Below, piece after piece: positions 18,951-28,090 of a DNA stretch of 64,000 bases. The stretch lies in NCBI GenBank assembly GCA_039589315.1, contig JBDHHQ010000003.1, positions 32,001 through 96,000 of the forward strand, read 5' to 3'. Within the stretch, counting starts at the first letter, position 1. The number at the start of each line of letters is the position of its first letter. The translations under genes and the position numbers were made by a program. The notes beneath the pieces are model-generated. The model had not been told where the DNA came from. It saw nothing but the letters and a program-made list of their open reading frames with translations, and did not search any database. This DNA comes from Gemmatimonadota bacterium. Its GTDB lineage: Bacteria; Gemmatimonadota; Gemmatimonadetes; Longimicrobiales; Gaopeijiaceae.

Positions 18951-20135
18951 TCACGGCATGACCGAAGAGAGATCCACCCAGCCTCGCTGGCCCAGCGGTC
19001 TGGCCCGACTCAGGGCGTCGTTGAAGAGGATCGCCCGCATCGCCGCGCAGTTGGACTGCTGGACCACAGAGCCACCCACCGTACGCTCGTCATCGAGCAC
19101 GACGTTCGAGGCCAGGACCCCACCCAGCACCCGGTTGCCGGAGCCCTGGGTCTCGAACGCGCCCTGGGCGATGATGATGCCGTGCCAGAGGAAGTCGCCG
19201 CGGACATCTATGTCCTTCTCCACCAGGAGCACCCCCTGCCCCATGCTCGCCGACTGCACCGTCATGGACCCGCTGATGTAGACGATGGGGAAGTAGGTGC
19301 CACACGCTGAAGCGGGGTTCAGGGGATCGCCCCAATTCATTCTGTCGGCCCGGTCGCAGCTGCCGTCTTCGGTGAACGACGGCTCCATCCCGTTGAAGTT
19401 GCCGCCCTCGAAGGTGAGCGTCGCCAGGCTGATCAGCTCATCCCAGCTCCACTCGCCGAACTCGGTGAACGTGGCGTCGTCGAGGTCCGGATCGTGCACG
19501 ACCGGTTCGGGAACACCCGTCACCCGCCCCTTACCGGCGTACATCACGTTGCTGCTGTCGTCGACGAGAATGCCGATCTTGTCTTCGGCATCGAATTCAG
19601 CGCAGACATCCGCCCACCCAGGTGGGTCGACGTCCTCGCCGTGCACCTCGGCAGTGCCGAGGATCTGCACGTCGCCCCGGGTGGTCAGTGCGGCCGGCGG
19701 CTCGATGGCGGCCGATAGGACCCGGGCGATCATGCCCACGCGCCTGCTGGCCATACGTTCCTCGCCGATGCTCCCGCCGGCCAGGACGGCGGCGAGTGGG
19801 GCGTCTCCCTGCCCGTCGAGGAAGAACAGGCGGTCGCTCATCTCGGTGACCTCTACCGTCCAGACGCCGGCGTCGGTGGTGTCGCTCACGGTCATGGAGG
19901 ACCACGCCGTGTCCGCGCTGTACGTCTGCCAACTCCAGTTGACCATGACGTCGGCGACGCCCTGCTCTGCCAGGTAGAAGGAGTGCGTTCCGTTCTCGCT
20001 GGCCAGGCCGATCCGGTGCTCCTGACGGGCGATGTAGAATCCACCCGTCACCAGCACTCCGATGACCACCAGGCCGAGGACGGCCGCTGGCAGGGCGAAA
20101 CCCCGCTCCGTTTGCTCATTCATGGCTACTTCCAT
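18951..20135 (-). CDS. PilX-like minor pilin (set 1) with large beta-solenoid-like C-terminal domain
   Basis: ERG^FALPAAVLGL prepilin site lacking Glu5 (PilX/GspK hallmark), SFYLAEQG, GVLLVEKDIDVRGDFLWHGIIIAQG repeats. Confidence 0.8.
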   Translation of the reverse strand: MEVAMNEQTERGFALPAAVLGLVVIGVLVTGGFYIARQEHRIGLASENGTHSFYLAEQGVADVMVNWSWQTYSADTAWSSMTVSDTTDAGVWTVEVTEMSDRLFFLDGQGDAPLAAVLAGGSIGEERMASRRVGMIARVLSAAIEPPAALTTRGDVQILGTAEVHGEDVDPPGWADVCAEFDAEDKIGILVDDSSNVMYAGKGRVTGVPEPVVHDPDLDDATFTEFGEWSWDELISLATLTFEGGNFNGMEPSFTEDGSCDRADRMNWGDPLNPASACGTYFPIVYISGSMTVQSASMGQGVLLVEKDIDVRGDFLWHGIIIAQGAFETQGSGNRVLGGVLASNVVLDDERTVGGSVVQQSNCAAMRAILFNDALSRARPLGQRGWVDLSSVMP

Positions 20136-20160
20136 TTCTGCTCGGCCCTCCGGGCCGCCG

Positions 20161-20973
20161 TCAGTTGCGAACGTTGACCCGGACCGTGACAGAATCCTGC
20201 ACGGGATCCCCCCGGGAATCCGTGACGCTGGAGCGGGTGCGCAGGGTCACCTCGATCTGGGTGACTGCCAGCGCATCGGTCGTGACCGTCCCGTTCTCGT
20301 CCAGGTACCGGAACGCGAGGGGGGACTCGGACTTGGCGTCCAGCGGGCCCACCATCGGTTGGGCTTTGCCTCCCGGAGCCTGTCGGCCCAGGAACGGGTA
20401 GCCGTCGAACTCGAACACCCCGTAGGTGTACCGCTCATAGCTCCGAAGCGGAGCGCCCGGGAGGATGGTGTCGGCGCCGGTCAGGCCCGCCAACGTCAGC
20501 AGCTGCGCTTGCTCCGTTCCGCTCGCGCACGTCACGGTCGTGTCGGTCGTCGTGACGGAGAGCGAGCGCCACTGGTCGTCGCTCGCGAGCTCCGGATTAC
20601 CGTCGATCAATGCGAAGACCGAATCGCCCTTGGCGAACCACCGACCCACCCGCTTTGCCGTCACCTGAGGCGTCGTCACCGACGCGGTGTCGCATGCCAG
20701 CCCGACGGCCCGCATGGTCCGGATCGTCAGGCTGTCCGCGCCGAAGGTCAGAAGGTCCCCTCCCGGAGCGCTGATCTCCCGGAGCTCGCCGAAGAGCACG
20801 TCGACGCCGGCCCGGATGGTCTGCTGGCCGCGAATCTGGGCGGCTTGGACCGTGTAGGTCCTCTGGTTGGCCACGAGGACCTGATAGGTCGAGGCCAGCA
20901 CGAGGCCGCCGAGGACCACGACGATGAGCAGCTCGACTAGGGTGAAGCCCCTCTTGTCCGTGGCCATGGTCAT
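20161..20973 (-). CDS. PilW-like minor pilin (set 1)
   Basis: KRG^FTLVELLIVV; ATG 20973 overlaps pilV-like stop; C-terminal VRVNVRN typical of PilW. Confidence 0.85.
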   Translation of the reverse strand: MTMATDKRGFTLVELLIVVVLGGLVLASTYQVLVANQRTYTVQAAQIRGQQTIRAGVDVLFGELREISAPGGDLLTFGADSLTIRTMRAVGLACDTASVTTPQVTAKRVGRWFAKGDSVFALIDGNPELASDDQWRSLSVTTTDTTVTCASGTEQAQLLTLAGLTGADTILPGAPLRSYERYTYGVFEFDGYPFLGRQAPGGKAQPMVGPLDAKSESPLAFRYLDENGTVTTDALAVTQIEVTLRTRSSVTDSRGDPVQDSVTVRVNVRN

Positions 20974-21380
20974 GAGCCCGTGAAGATGTAGCTGAACGTG
21001 TCCGCCACTGCGCTGGAGATCTTGGGCATGCCCCCCTCGCCGGCGCCCTGCTCCATGCCGGGTCCGACCGTCACGATCTCCACTGTCCGGTAGTCGCCGT
21101 TGTCCACGACGCTCCACGAGACCTCGAAGATGCCCACCGTGTCGGCTCCGTTCGCGACCCTTTCCAGGGGCATGGCCCTGAGCTGCTCGACCACGGTCTG
21201 CAACGCCGCGCCACGCTCGGTGTCCAACTCGGCCACGCTGACCTTCTGGATCGTGTACGCCGTCACGCCGGCCAGCCCCAGCATCCCGACGGTCAGGATC
21301 ATCAGGGCCACCATCAGCTCCACCAGCGAGAAGCCGGCCTCGCCTCTCAGGGCGCTCTGGATCCGCTTTGAGATCTTCAT
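20970..21380 (-). CDS. PilV-like minor pilin (set 1)
   Basis: EAG^FSLVELMVALMILTVGMLGLAG, VEQLRA. Confidence 0.85.
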   Translation of the reverse strand: MKISKRIQSALRGEAGFSLVELMVALMILTVGMLGLAGVTAYTIQKVSVAELDTERGAALQTVVEQLRAMPLERVANGADTVGIFEVSWSVVDNGDYRTVEIVTVGPGMEQGAGEGGMPKISSAVADTFSYIFTGS

Positions 21381-21784
21381 GGGAGGATCATCTGACCAAG
21401 CGGAAACACTCTCATCCGCTTGTAGTCACCGTTCATGATGAAGTAGATATCGGTGCCACTGCTGAAGGAGTTGCACGAAACCTCGCCGTAGCCCCGGGAG
21501 TTCATGCACAGCTGCATCGTGGTGAAGCCGCTCTTGAGGTCGACGTTCATCGACTCCCGGAAGTTCACCGTCTCGAGCACCGTGCCATCGCGGGTGATCT
21601 GAACCACGTCCGTGCTGAAGTTCTGCAGGGCCGCGAAGGACTCTCGGGCCGAGCTGATGCTGTAGAGTCGCTGGGCCGGGGCGAACGCCGAGACCGCGAC
21701 GGACGCGAGGGCGATGCCGATCACCATCACGATCACGATCTCGATCATCGTGAACCCTTCTCTTCCAATTCGCATGGAACGCAA
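21377..21784 (-). CDS. FimT/FimU(GspH)-like minor pilin (set 1), apparently with an internal in-frame deletion
   Basis: REG^FTMIEIVIVM; C-terminal LCMNSRG and RVFPLGQ; lacks the ARxxA helix segment present in the set-2 paralog; start ATG 21775 also possible. Confidence 0.8.
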   Translation of the reverse strand: MRSMRIGREGFTMIEIVIVMVIGIALASVAVSAFAPAQRLYSISSARESFAALQNFSTDVVQITRDGTVLETVNFRESMNVDLKSGFTTMQLCMNSRGYGEVSCNSFSSGTDIYFIMNGDYKRMRVFPLGQMILP

Positions 21785-21833
21785 CCGGCACTCGAGTTCT
21801 GAGGGTCGAACGCATGTTCTCGGCCCTGATCAG

Positions 21834-21849
21834 TACCAGTTCCGTGCCA
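21834..21849 (-). promoter_or_regulatory. candidate sigma54 (-24/-12) promoter of minor pilin set 1
   Basis: minus strand TGGCACGGAACTGGTA: perfect -24 TGGCACG, degenerate -12 (TGGTA) at correct spacing. Confidence 0.5.
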
Positions 21850-21909
21850 CCGGGGGGGGTCGGTAATCCCCAGGAAACTCGGGGCTTTTCGACGGTTCGC
21901 GTGGACATC

Positions 21910-21928
21910 TTTGCCGGTCGGTGGCAAA
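21910..21928. promoter_or_regulatory. palindromic enhancer-like (bEBP) site
   Basis: TTTGCC-N7-GGCAAA, ~70 bp upstream of the sigma54-like site. Confidence 0.5.
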
Positions 21929-21937
21929 AAAATGTGA

Positions 21938-23071
21938 CTAGGACTCGGAAAGTGGTCCGAGGTGCGAGAAGTCGGGCATTTTGCGAGGGTTTCGGAGCCA
22001 GACCGACCTCAGGACGGCCAGCGCCGCACAGGGAGAGGCGACCACGACCGCGCGGTCCTCGACCCGAACGGACCGCCCGGCTCCGATGACCCCTTCCACC
22101 CGGACGTCGTCTTGGAGCTCGACGTCTCCTGAAGCCAGGATCCACCCGTCGAAACGGGCGTCGCCCCTCAGGAGCAGATCCCCGTCCACGGCCAGCACCC
22201 CGGAGGCGGCTCCCCCTGTGACCTCGAGCTGGCCGGAGCCTCCCCAGATGCCCGGGGCACGGCCACAGGCCAATCCCGAGACGTCGAGGGGTGTGTCGCA
22301 GGAGGACTCGCTGGGCTCCATCGAAGGCCCGATGGGCGCGGCCACGTTCGCGAGCGTGTCCAAGGGGATCATGCCGAGCCCGGGCGCCTGCCCGGGGGTG
22401 AGTGCCTCGAACGGCCGGAGCGTCCCGTCAGCCCGCCACGGCGAGGAGGACTTGCCCGAGGGGAGAGTCGCGAAGGCAGCCATCTCGCCCGTGGGGAACA
22501 GCGAGTCCACCACCTGCCAGAGGGGAGCACACTGGCCGGGGTCCCACCCCGACGGCACCGTGTGCGTGTCGGTTCCGTCCACCCGGCCGCCCTTCTCCAC
22601 GGTGAGTCCCGCTCCGCTCACGACGACCGCGCCGTGCGCAGCGAGTCGGCTCGTGGGCGCGAGGACCCAGACCGCCGCCGCGACTCGGCTGGTCGCCGGA
22701 CCTGGCGTCCGACGGCCCTCGGAGTGGACCAGAAACAGCTCCGATGACAGGCGGCGGATCGTCGTCGTGCTCGCTCCGAGCTGTCCCAACGCGTGGGAGG
22801 GACCCGCCACCTGGCCCCCGACTGGCAGCGAATCGGCGCCCGCCGGCCACCCGCCCACGAGTCCGAGCAACCCGCTCTCCGCCGCGAGCCGAGCCTGCAG
22901 CACCGACTCGGTGGTGCGGGCGGCGAGCGCCTGTCTCCGGGCCAGCGTCAGCACCCCGGTGCCCAGGCCGGAGAGAGCCGCGATCAACAGCAGAAGCAGG
23001 GCCAGCGCCGCCCCCCGCGTGCCGCTCGCGGCGCGGACGCCCCCATCGGTCCCAGACCCTCGCACCCTCAC
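21938..23071 (-). CDS. PilX-like minor pilin (set 2) with beta-solenoid-like C-terminal domain
   Basis: GTG 23071 overlaps pilW-like stop; TRG^AALALLLLLI (no Glu5), ARLAAESG, GVLAVDGDLLLRGDARFDGWILASG; paralog of 18951-20135 (shared G-x-D...P-x-GW...C). Confidence 0.72.
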   Translation of the reverse strand: MRVRGSGTDGGVRAASGTRGAALALLLLLIAALSGLGTGVLTLARRQALAARTTESVLQARLAAESGLLGLVGGWPAGADSLPVGGQVAGPSHALGQLGASTTTIRRLSSELFLVHSEGRRTPGPATSRVAAAVWVLAPTSRLAAHGAVVVSGAGLTVEKGGRVDGTDTHTVPSGWDPGQCAPLWQVVDSLFPTGEMAAFATLPSGKSSSPWRADGTLRPFEALTPGQAPGLGMIPLDTLANVAAPIGPSMEPSESSCDTPLDVSGLACGRAPGIWGGSGQLEVTGGAASGVLAVDGDLLLRGDARFDGWILASGDVELQDDVRVEGVIGAGRSVRVEDRAVVVASPCAALAVLRSVWLRNPRKMPDFSHLGPLSES

Positions 23072-23847
23072 CGGGGCTCCTGGCCCCACAACCGGAGCGA
23101 GGCGGCCCACGCCTCCGTCTCCCCCGCCTGGCCGTTCGGTCGGAGGTGGACCACCACCGCCCCGGCGCCCGCCGCTTCGAGCCCACTTTCGTCGCCCAGC
23201 GTCCGCGGCGTGAGGGGTTGGCGCCCACCCAGCCCCCGGCGGTAGCGCAGAGCCGCGTCGGCCACATGGTACGTGCCCCGCTCGAAGACACGGGCCAGGT
23301 ATCCACCAGCCTCGGGGTCGTCCAGCTCGAGACGGAGGGTGGGCCCTCCACCGGGGCACGGCGGAACCCGCGCCACGCGGCTCAGCCCGTGGGCCCGCCA
23401 TCGCCCGGCCGGCTCGAGGAGGAGCAACGAGTCCTTTGCGGGGTCGGGCTCTCGGATCCCGTCCCAGTCGGCCACCAAGAGGCCCGGAGCGGACGCGCCG
23501 GGACACGGTACCGCCAACCCGCGGAACGCCCGCAAGGTGATGGAGTCGTCGTGGGCGAGCCAGTCGGTTCCGGGCCGGGAGACCTTGAGCTCCTCGCGGA
23601 GCACCCAGCCCGAGATGCGGACCGCCTCCAGCATCTCAGACCTCCGCACGAGCTGCATGGCCCCTCTCGTGTGGCGAGCGGTCACGGACCATGCCGCCTG
23701 GAGCATGATCGTGAGCAGGATCAGCGTGATCAGGGCCTCCGCCAACGTGTATCCACCCGCGCCGGAGGATTCCGCCCCCTTGCGGCCTCGCCTCGACCCT
23801 GTCGGGCTCGTCCGCGGGTCCGAGTGCATATGCGGCCCCCGCTTCAC
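23068..23847 (-). CDS. PilW-like minor pilin (set 2)
   Basis: GG^YTLAEALITL; DSITLRAFRGLAVPC parallels set-1 DSLTIRTMRAVGLAC; FERGTY parallels YERYTY. Confidence 0.75.
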   Translation of the reverse strand: MKRGPHMHSDPRTSPTGSRRGRKGAESSGAGGYTLAEALITLILLTIMLQAAWSVTARHTRGAMQLVRRSEMLEAVRISGWVLREELKVSRPGTDWLAHDDSITLRAFRGLAVPCPGASAPGLLVADWDGIREPDPAKDSLLLLEPAGRWRAHGLSRVARVPPCPGGGPTLRLELDDPEAGGYLARVFERGTYHVADAALRYRRGLGGRQPLTPRTLGDESGLEAAGAGAVVVHLRPNGQAGETEAWAASLRLWGQEPR

Positions 23848-24191
23848 GAGCCGCCCGCCGCGGAACGGGGCGTCAGCACGCTCAGGTCGACCAGGACGGC
23901 TCCAGATCGGTCCTCGGCGGTGATCCTCGCCAGGGCCACCGGCTCGCCCTCAACGGTCCAGTGGATCCGGCCGAACCGGGCGTCGATCCCCCCGTTCCCG
24001 GCAGCGCCGAATCGAGCCAGCGAATCGGCGACGGCCCGCACCTCCTGCACGGCCCACTCGAGGTCGCGAGCCCGGGTCATGGTCTTCGCGGCGTAGAAGA
24101 ACATACCAGACACCCCCAGCACACCCACCGCGAGCACCACGAGCGCGACCAGGACCTCCGCAAGGGTGCAACCCCGCGTCCCGGCCGTCAT
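23844..24191 (-). CDS. PilV-like minor pilin (set 2)
   Basis: TRG^CTLAEVLVALVVLAVGVLG; overlapping start/stop codons on both sides. Confidence 0.75.
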   Translation of the reverse strand: MTAGTRGCTLAEVLVALVVLAVGVLGVSGMFFYAAKTMTRARDLEWAVQEVRAVADSLARFGAAGNGGIDARFGRIHWTVEGEPVALARITAEDRSGAVLVDLSVLTPRSAAGGS

Positions 24192-24616
24192 CGGCGACTG
24201 ACCCCGCCGTACGACGACACCACGACGCGCGCGTCAGACCGACCTCGGCGGAACAGGACCGATTGGCTGGCGACCCTGCCGATGCCCAGAGCATCGAAGC
24301 GAAGCGTCGCTCGTGTCCTCGAGCCGAGCAGCGAGACCTCCACGCCGAAGTCACCCCCAAGCGCCACCGAATCGGTTACCGTTCGGTCCGCCTCCAGCCA
24401 CGCGCTCCCCGTGGCCTCGTCGAGGATCAGAGTGGAGCCCCCCACGGCCAGAGCCCGGGAGCGTGCCGTGGCGACCAGGCCCACGAGGGCCTCGCGGGCA
24501 CCCACGACAGCCAGGCGGTCGGCCCTGACCCGGGCCGTGGGGACGAGGAGCGACAGGCCCACGGCCGACACGACCAGGACCAGAACCAGCTCGATGAGCG
24601 TGAAACCGAACCGCAT
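24188..24616 (-). CDS. FimT/GspH-like minor pilin (set 2)
   Basis: MRFG^FTLIELVLVL, ATARSRAL, LRFDALG, VVSSYGGV. Confidence 0.82.
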   Translation of the reverse strand: MRFGFTLIELVLVLVVSAVGLSLLVPTARVRADRLAVVGAREALVGLVATARSRALAVGGSTLILDEATGSAWLEADRTVTDSVALGGDFGVEVSLLGSRTRATLRFDALGIGRVASQSVLFRRGRSDARVVVSSYGGVSRR

Positions 24617-24742
24617 GGAAGGACAATGCGGCCCGGCAGCGGGCCTGAGGATGGCGAGAGGGGACGCAGCTCCCGGGAATCGTCCTGCTACCGACTCACG
24701 GGTGGGATCGGCTCGAGGAGCAGCGACGTCGTTCGGGCGCTA

Positions 24743-26113
24743 CTAGTCCAACCCGTAATCCTGGATCTTGTAGCGCAGAGCCCGCGGGCTGAGCTCGAGA
24801 AGCTCGGCGGCCTGGGTCCGGTTGCCGCCCGTACGCTCGAGCGCTCGCTGGATCAGGCCGGCCTCCAGCTCCGCCGTTCGACGCTTGACCGACAGATCGT
24901 CATCGGACAGGGAAGAGAGCCCCGGGTGTGCCCCCGGCCTCCGGATCCGATCGGGCAGGTCGTCCGCGTCGATCACGGGTCCCTCGGAGAGGACCATGGC
25001 CTGCTCGAGGAGGTTCTCCAGCTCTCGGATGTTGCCGGGCCAGGGATACGCCAGCAGCGCCTCCATGGCCGCCGGAGAGATGCCGCTCAGCTCGATGCCG
25101 AGCCGTTGGCGGTGCCGCTCGATGAAGAACGCGACGAGATCCGGAATCTCCTCCGCTCGCTGCCGGAGCGGCGGAAGGTGAATGGGTACCACCGCGAGCC
25201 GATAGTACAGGTCCTCCCGGAAGTCGCCCTGCTCGACGGCTTCGAGGATGTCTCGGTTGGTGGCCGCGATGATGCGTACGTCGACGTCTCGGGTCTCGGT
25301 GTCGCCGAGGCGGCGGATCTCGCCTTCCTGGAGGGCTCGTAGGAGCTTGACCTGGAGCTGGTGGGGGAGCTCCCCCACCTCGTCGAGGAAGAGCGTGCCG
25401 GCGTCCGCCATCTCGAAGAGGCCCGGCTTGGTCCGGTCGGCACCGGAAAACGCGCCCTTCACGTAGCCGAAGAACTCGGACTCCAGCAGGTTCTCCGGAA
25501 TGGCGCCGCAGTTCACCGGCACGAACCCGGCTCCCGAGCGCGCGCTCTCCCGGTGAATGAGCCTCGCGACCAGCTCCTTGCCCGTCCCGCTGGGTCCCGT
25601 GATGAGCACAGGTGACGGATGCTGTGCCACCTTGCCCGCCACCTCGAGCGCCCGGATCATCGCTGGAGACCGGGCCACGATCTCACCGAATCTCCGGTCG
25701 GCCCGGACCTCGGCGCGGAGCCGTCCAACCTCCTGAACCAGCTCCCGCTGTGCCTCGGTCTTGCGCACCCTGAGCAGCACTTCGTCCGCCGAGAACGGCT
25801 TGGATAGGTAGTCCGCCGCCCCCCTGCTCACCGCGTCCACCGCGAGGTCGACGCTGCCGTACGCGGTCATGACCAGAACGGGGGCCTCGCCCCCGGTCTC
25901 CCTGTACCCGTCCAGGAACTCCAGTCCGCTCATCCCCGGCATGCGCACATCGCAGAGGATCAGGTCGGGCGCTTCGCGTTCGGCTACGGCGAGCCCCTCC
26001 AGGCCGTCCGAGGCAGCCAGAACCTCATAGCCGCCGTCGGTGAGAATGAGGGACAGGGACTTCCTCAGCCCCGCGTCGTCGTCGACGACGAGGATCTTCG
26101 TGTCAGCGCTCAA
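24743..26113 (-). CDS. sigma54-dependent response regulator (REC-AAA+-HTH, PilR2/AtoC-like)
   Basis: [27 protein letters not shown] loop, [35 protein letters not shown]. Confidence 0.93.
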   Translation of the reverse strand: MSADTKILVVDDDAGLRKSLSLILTDGGYEVLAASDGLEGLAVAEREAPDLILCDVRMPGMSGLEFLDGYRETGGEAPVLVMTAYGSVDLAVDAVSRGAADYLSKPFSADEVLLRVRKTEAQRELVQEVGRLRAEVRADRRFGEIVARSPAMIRALEVAGKVAQHPSPVLITGPSGTGKELVARLIHRESARSGAGFVPVNCGAIPENLLESEFFGYVKGAFSGADRTKPGLFEMADAGTLFLDEVGELPHQLQVKLLRALQEGEIRRLGDTETRDVDVRIIAATNRDILEAVEQGDFREDLYYRLAVVPIHLPPLRQRAEEIPDLVAFFIERHRQRLGIELSGISPAAMEALLAYPWPGNIRELENLLEQAMVLSEGPVIDADDLPDRIRRPGAHPGLSSLSDDDLSVKRRTAELEAGLIQRALERTGGNRTQAAELLELSPRALRYKIQDYGLD

Positions 26114-27377
26114 CCTGGCGAGCCTCTTCCATTTCGGGTTCTCGTTCCGCGCGGGTCGCGCCGGTCAGCCTTATCGTGAAGCGGGCGCCCCCTTCGGGCC
26201 GGTTCGCGGCCTGTATGCGACCTCCCATACTCTCGACTAGTTGGGCGCAGATCGACAGTCCCAAGCCGGTTCCCTCGCCGGGCGCTTTCGTCGTGAAGAA
26301 GGGATCGAACACTCGCTCTTCGTCTCCGGGGGGCAGCCCTGGCCCGTTGTCGGAGACGGAGATGACGACCACCTCGGGCGCGTCGGCAAGGGGATCGAAC
26401 GAGCGCCGCCCCACCGCCACGCGCCTCCTGTGTGCGTAGTTGACGCCGGGAGGATCCCCTTCGCGACGCTCCCACAGTGGCCGGTGCTCCACCGACTCCT
26501 TGTCGACTGCGATCTGGATGGCCGGATCGGCGCTCCCCTTGAGCGCGTCCAGCGCGTTGAGGATCAGGTTCACCAGCACCTGTTCCAGGCGAGTGGGGTC
26601 GATGATTACGTCGGGCACGCCCGAGTCGACGCTCCAGCGGTGGTCGACGCGGCCCAGCCGCCCCTGCGAGGCCAGGATCTCACGCACCCTGTCCAGGACG
26701 GAGCCCGGGGACACGGAGCGGGCGTTGCCGGCCTGCGGCCGGGCATAGTCCAACAAGCCCCGAATGATCCGGTCGATGCGTAGCGCCTCGGACCGCACCG
26801 CCTCCAACACCTCCGTGTCATCTGCGTTCTGTCGAGCCCGGGACAGGGCGACGTCCACGTAGGCCAGGACCGCGCCGAGGGGGTTACCCACCTCGTGGGC
26901 GATACCGGCGGCCAGCGTCCCCACCGACGCTAGGCGGGCCGCTTGGACCATCTGGTTGCGGACCCGCACCAGCTCCTCGTTGGTCTCCTCGAGGGACTCC
27001 ACGTTCTCGGCCAGGAGCGCCCGGTCCTCGATGAGACGATGCGCCAGGGCGTTCACGCTCTCGCTCACGGCCTGGAACTCCCGGCTGTCCATGTCCGCGA
27101 TCCTGTGCTGGTAGTCGCCGGCTGCCATCCGGCGAGCGTCTCCCACGAGCCGATCGATGGGGTCGAGGAGGGTTCGCTTCACGAGCCCGCGTCCGAAGAC
27201 GAAGAGGATGACGAGGTTCCCGAGGATCAGGAACCCGATGAACATGGTCGTTTCGGCCGGCGTCTCCAGCAGCGGGAGGACGAGGAACAGTCCCACGGTC
27301 GCCAGGAGGATCGCGCCGGCGAAGACGACGCCGAACGAGAGCAGCAAGTCTCGCCGGAGTGGAGTCGGAGACCTCAT
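26103..27377 (-). CDS. HAMP-containing sensor histidine kinase cognate to 24743-26113
   Basis: two TMs with almost no periplasmic loop, HAMP, GIAHEVGNPL, QVLVNLILNALDA, DNGPG, FDPFFTTK, GTGLGL. Confidence 0.92.
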   Translation of the reverse strand: MRSPTPLRRDLLLSFGVVFAGAILLATVGLFLVLPLLETPAETTMFIGFLILGNLVILFVFGRGLVKRTLLDPIDRLVGDARRMAAGDYQHRIADMDSREFQAVSESVNALAHRLIEDRALLAENVESLEETNEELVRVRNQMVQAARLASVGTLAAGIAHEVGNPLGAVLAYVDVALSRARQNADDTEVLEAVRSEALRIDRIIRGLLDYARPQAGNARSVSPGSVLDRVREILASQGRLGRVDHRWSVDSGVPDVIIDPTRLEQVLVNLILNALDALKGSADPAIQIAVDKESVEHRPLWERREGDPPGVNYAHRRRVAVGRRSFDPLADAPEVVVISVSDNGPGLPPGDEERVFDPFFTTKAPGEGTGLGLSICAQLVESMGGRIQAANRPEGGARFTIRLTGATRAEREPEMEEARQVER

Positions 27378-27420
27378 GGTGTCGGCACGGTTCCCTGCTG
27401 AAGCTGGATCACGAAAGGGA

Positions 27421-27459
27421 AGATAAAGAAAGAGGGCCCGGATCTGCATCCGGGCCCTC
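27421..27459 (-). terminator. rho-independent terminator of pilA
   Basis: minus strand GAGGGCCCGGAT-GCAG-ATCCGGGCCCTC (12-bp stem) followed by TTTCTTTATCT. Confidence 0.9.
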
Positions 27460-27486
27460 CGTACCTGCTCGCTTCACGCGTGCGGA

Positions 27487-27879
27487 TCAGGTACCGCCGC
27501 CCGCGCCGCAGGCGACCACACCCTTCTCCGTGGCCGGCGAGACCGCCGTCGCGTCACCGTAGTAGATGCCGCACGTGACGCCGGTGCTGGTGTGCGAAGC
27601 GGTGGCCGACCAACCGGTCGTCGCGCCCACGCCCACCGTCACCGTCACGCGATCACTCTCGAAGAGCTCGACATCGGTCAGGCTGGTGGAGTAGGTGTAG
27701 TTGTCCGCGTAGTACAGCTCCTGCTGATTCGACAGGTTCCGCAGGTCGGACTTCATGGCCGAGATGTAGGCCTTCTCACGAGTGGAGCTGAACTTCGGAA
27801 TGGCGATGGCGGCGAGAATGCCGATGATCACCACGACGATGAGCAGCTCGATCAGGGTGAAACCCTTGGTGTCCCGCAT
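27487..27879 (-). CDS. pilA: major type IVa pilin
   Basis: MRDTKG^FTLIELLIVVVIIGILAAIAIP; AAGGAG RBS; C-terminal Cys pair; own sigma54 promoter and terminator; 124-aa mature protein. Confidence 0.93.
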   Translation of the reverse strand: MRDTKGFTLIELLIVVVIIGILAAIAIPKFSSTREKAYISAMKSDLRNLSNQQELYYADNYTYSTSLTDVELFESDRVTVTVGVGATTGWSATASHTSTGVTCGIYYGDATAVSPATEKGVVACGAGGGT

Positions 27880-27932
27880 GGTGGATCGCTCCTTCAGACT
27901 GTGAAATGCGGCGTTGCCCGGTCTCGGCATTG

Positions 27933-27949
27933 TGCAAGTCGGGCGCCCA
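27933..27949 (-). promoter_or_regulatory. sigma54 promoter of pilA
   Basis: minus strand TGGGCGCCCGACTTGCA = GG-N10-GC with TTGCA at -12. Confidence 0.75.
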
Positions 27950-27978
27950 TCCCGCGGCTGTGATGACATGTCATTTAA

Positions 27979-27991
27979 TAGCAACCAGTTA
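27979..27991 (+). promoter_or_regulatory. IHF-like site between the pilA enhancer and the sigma54 promoter
   Basis: TAGCAACCAGTTA, one mismatch to WATCAANNNNTTR, in an AT-rich patch. Confidence 0.5.
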
Positions 27992-28045
27992 TAGAGACCC
28001 ACGGCGCCGTCTGGAACACGGGAATCGGCGGATCTCCTCTTGGAT

Positions 28046-28064
28046 TCTGCCAGTGCCCTGCAAA
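28046..28064. promoter_or_regulatory. candidate PilR-type enhancer upstream of pilA
   Basis: TCTGCC-N7-TGCAAA, similar to TTTGCC-N7-GGCAAA at 21910; ~100 bp upstream of the -24 element. Confidence 0.5.
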
Positions 28065-28090
28065 AAACCACGCGGAAAACCCGTGCCGCG

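Noticed and set aside
14112..24616. Cluster as a type II secretion system
   Set aside because: PilT, PilM/N/O, AMIN-PilQ and a sigma54-driven major pilin identify it as type IVa pilus. Prepilin peptidase pilD is not in the window.
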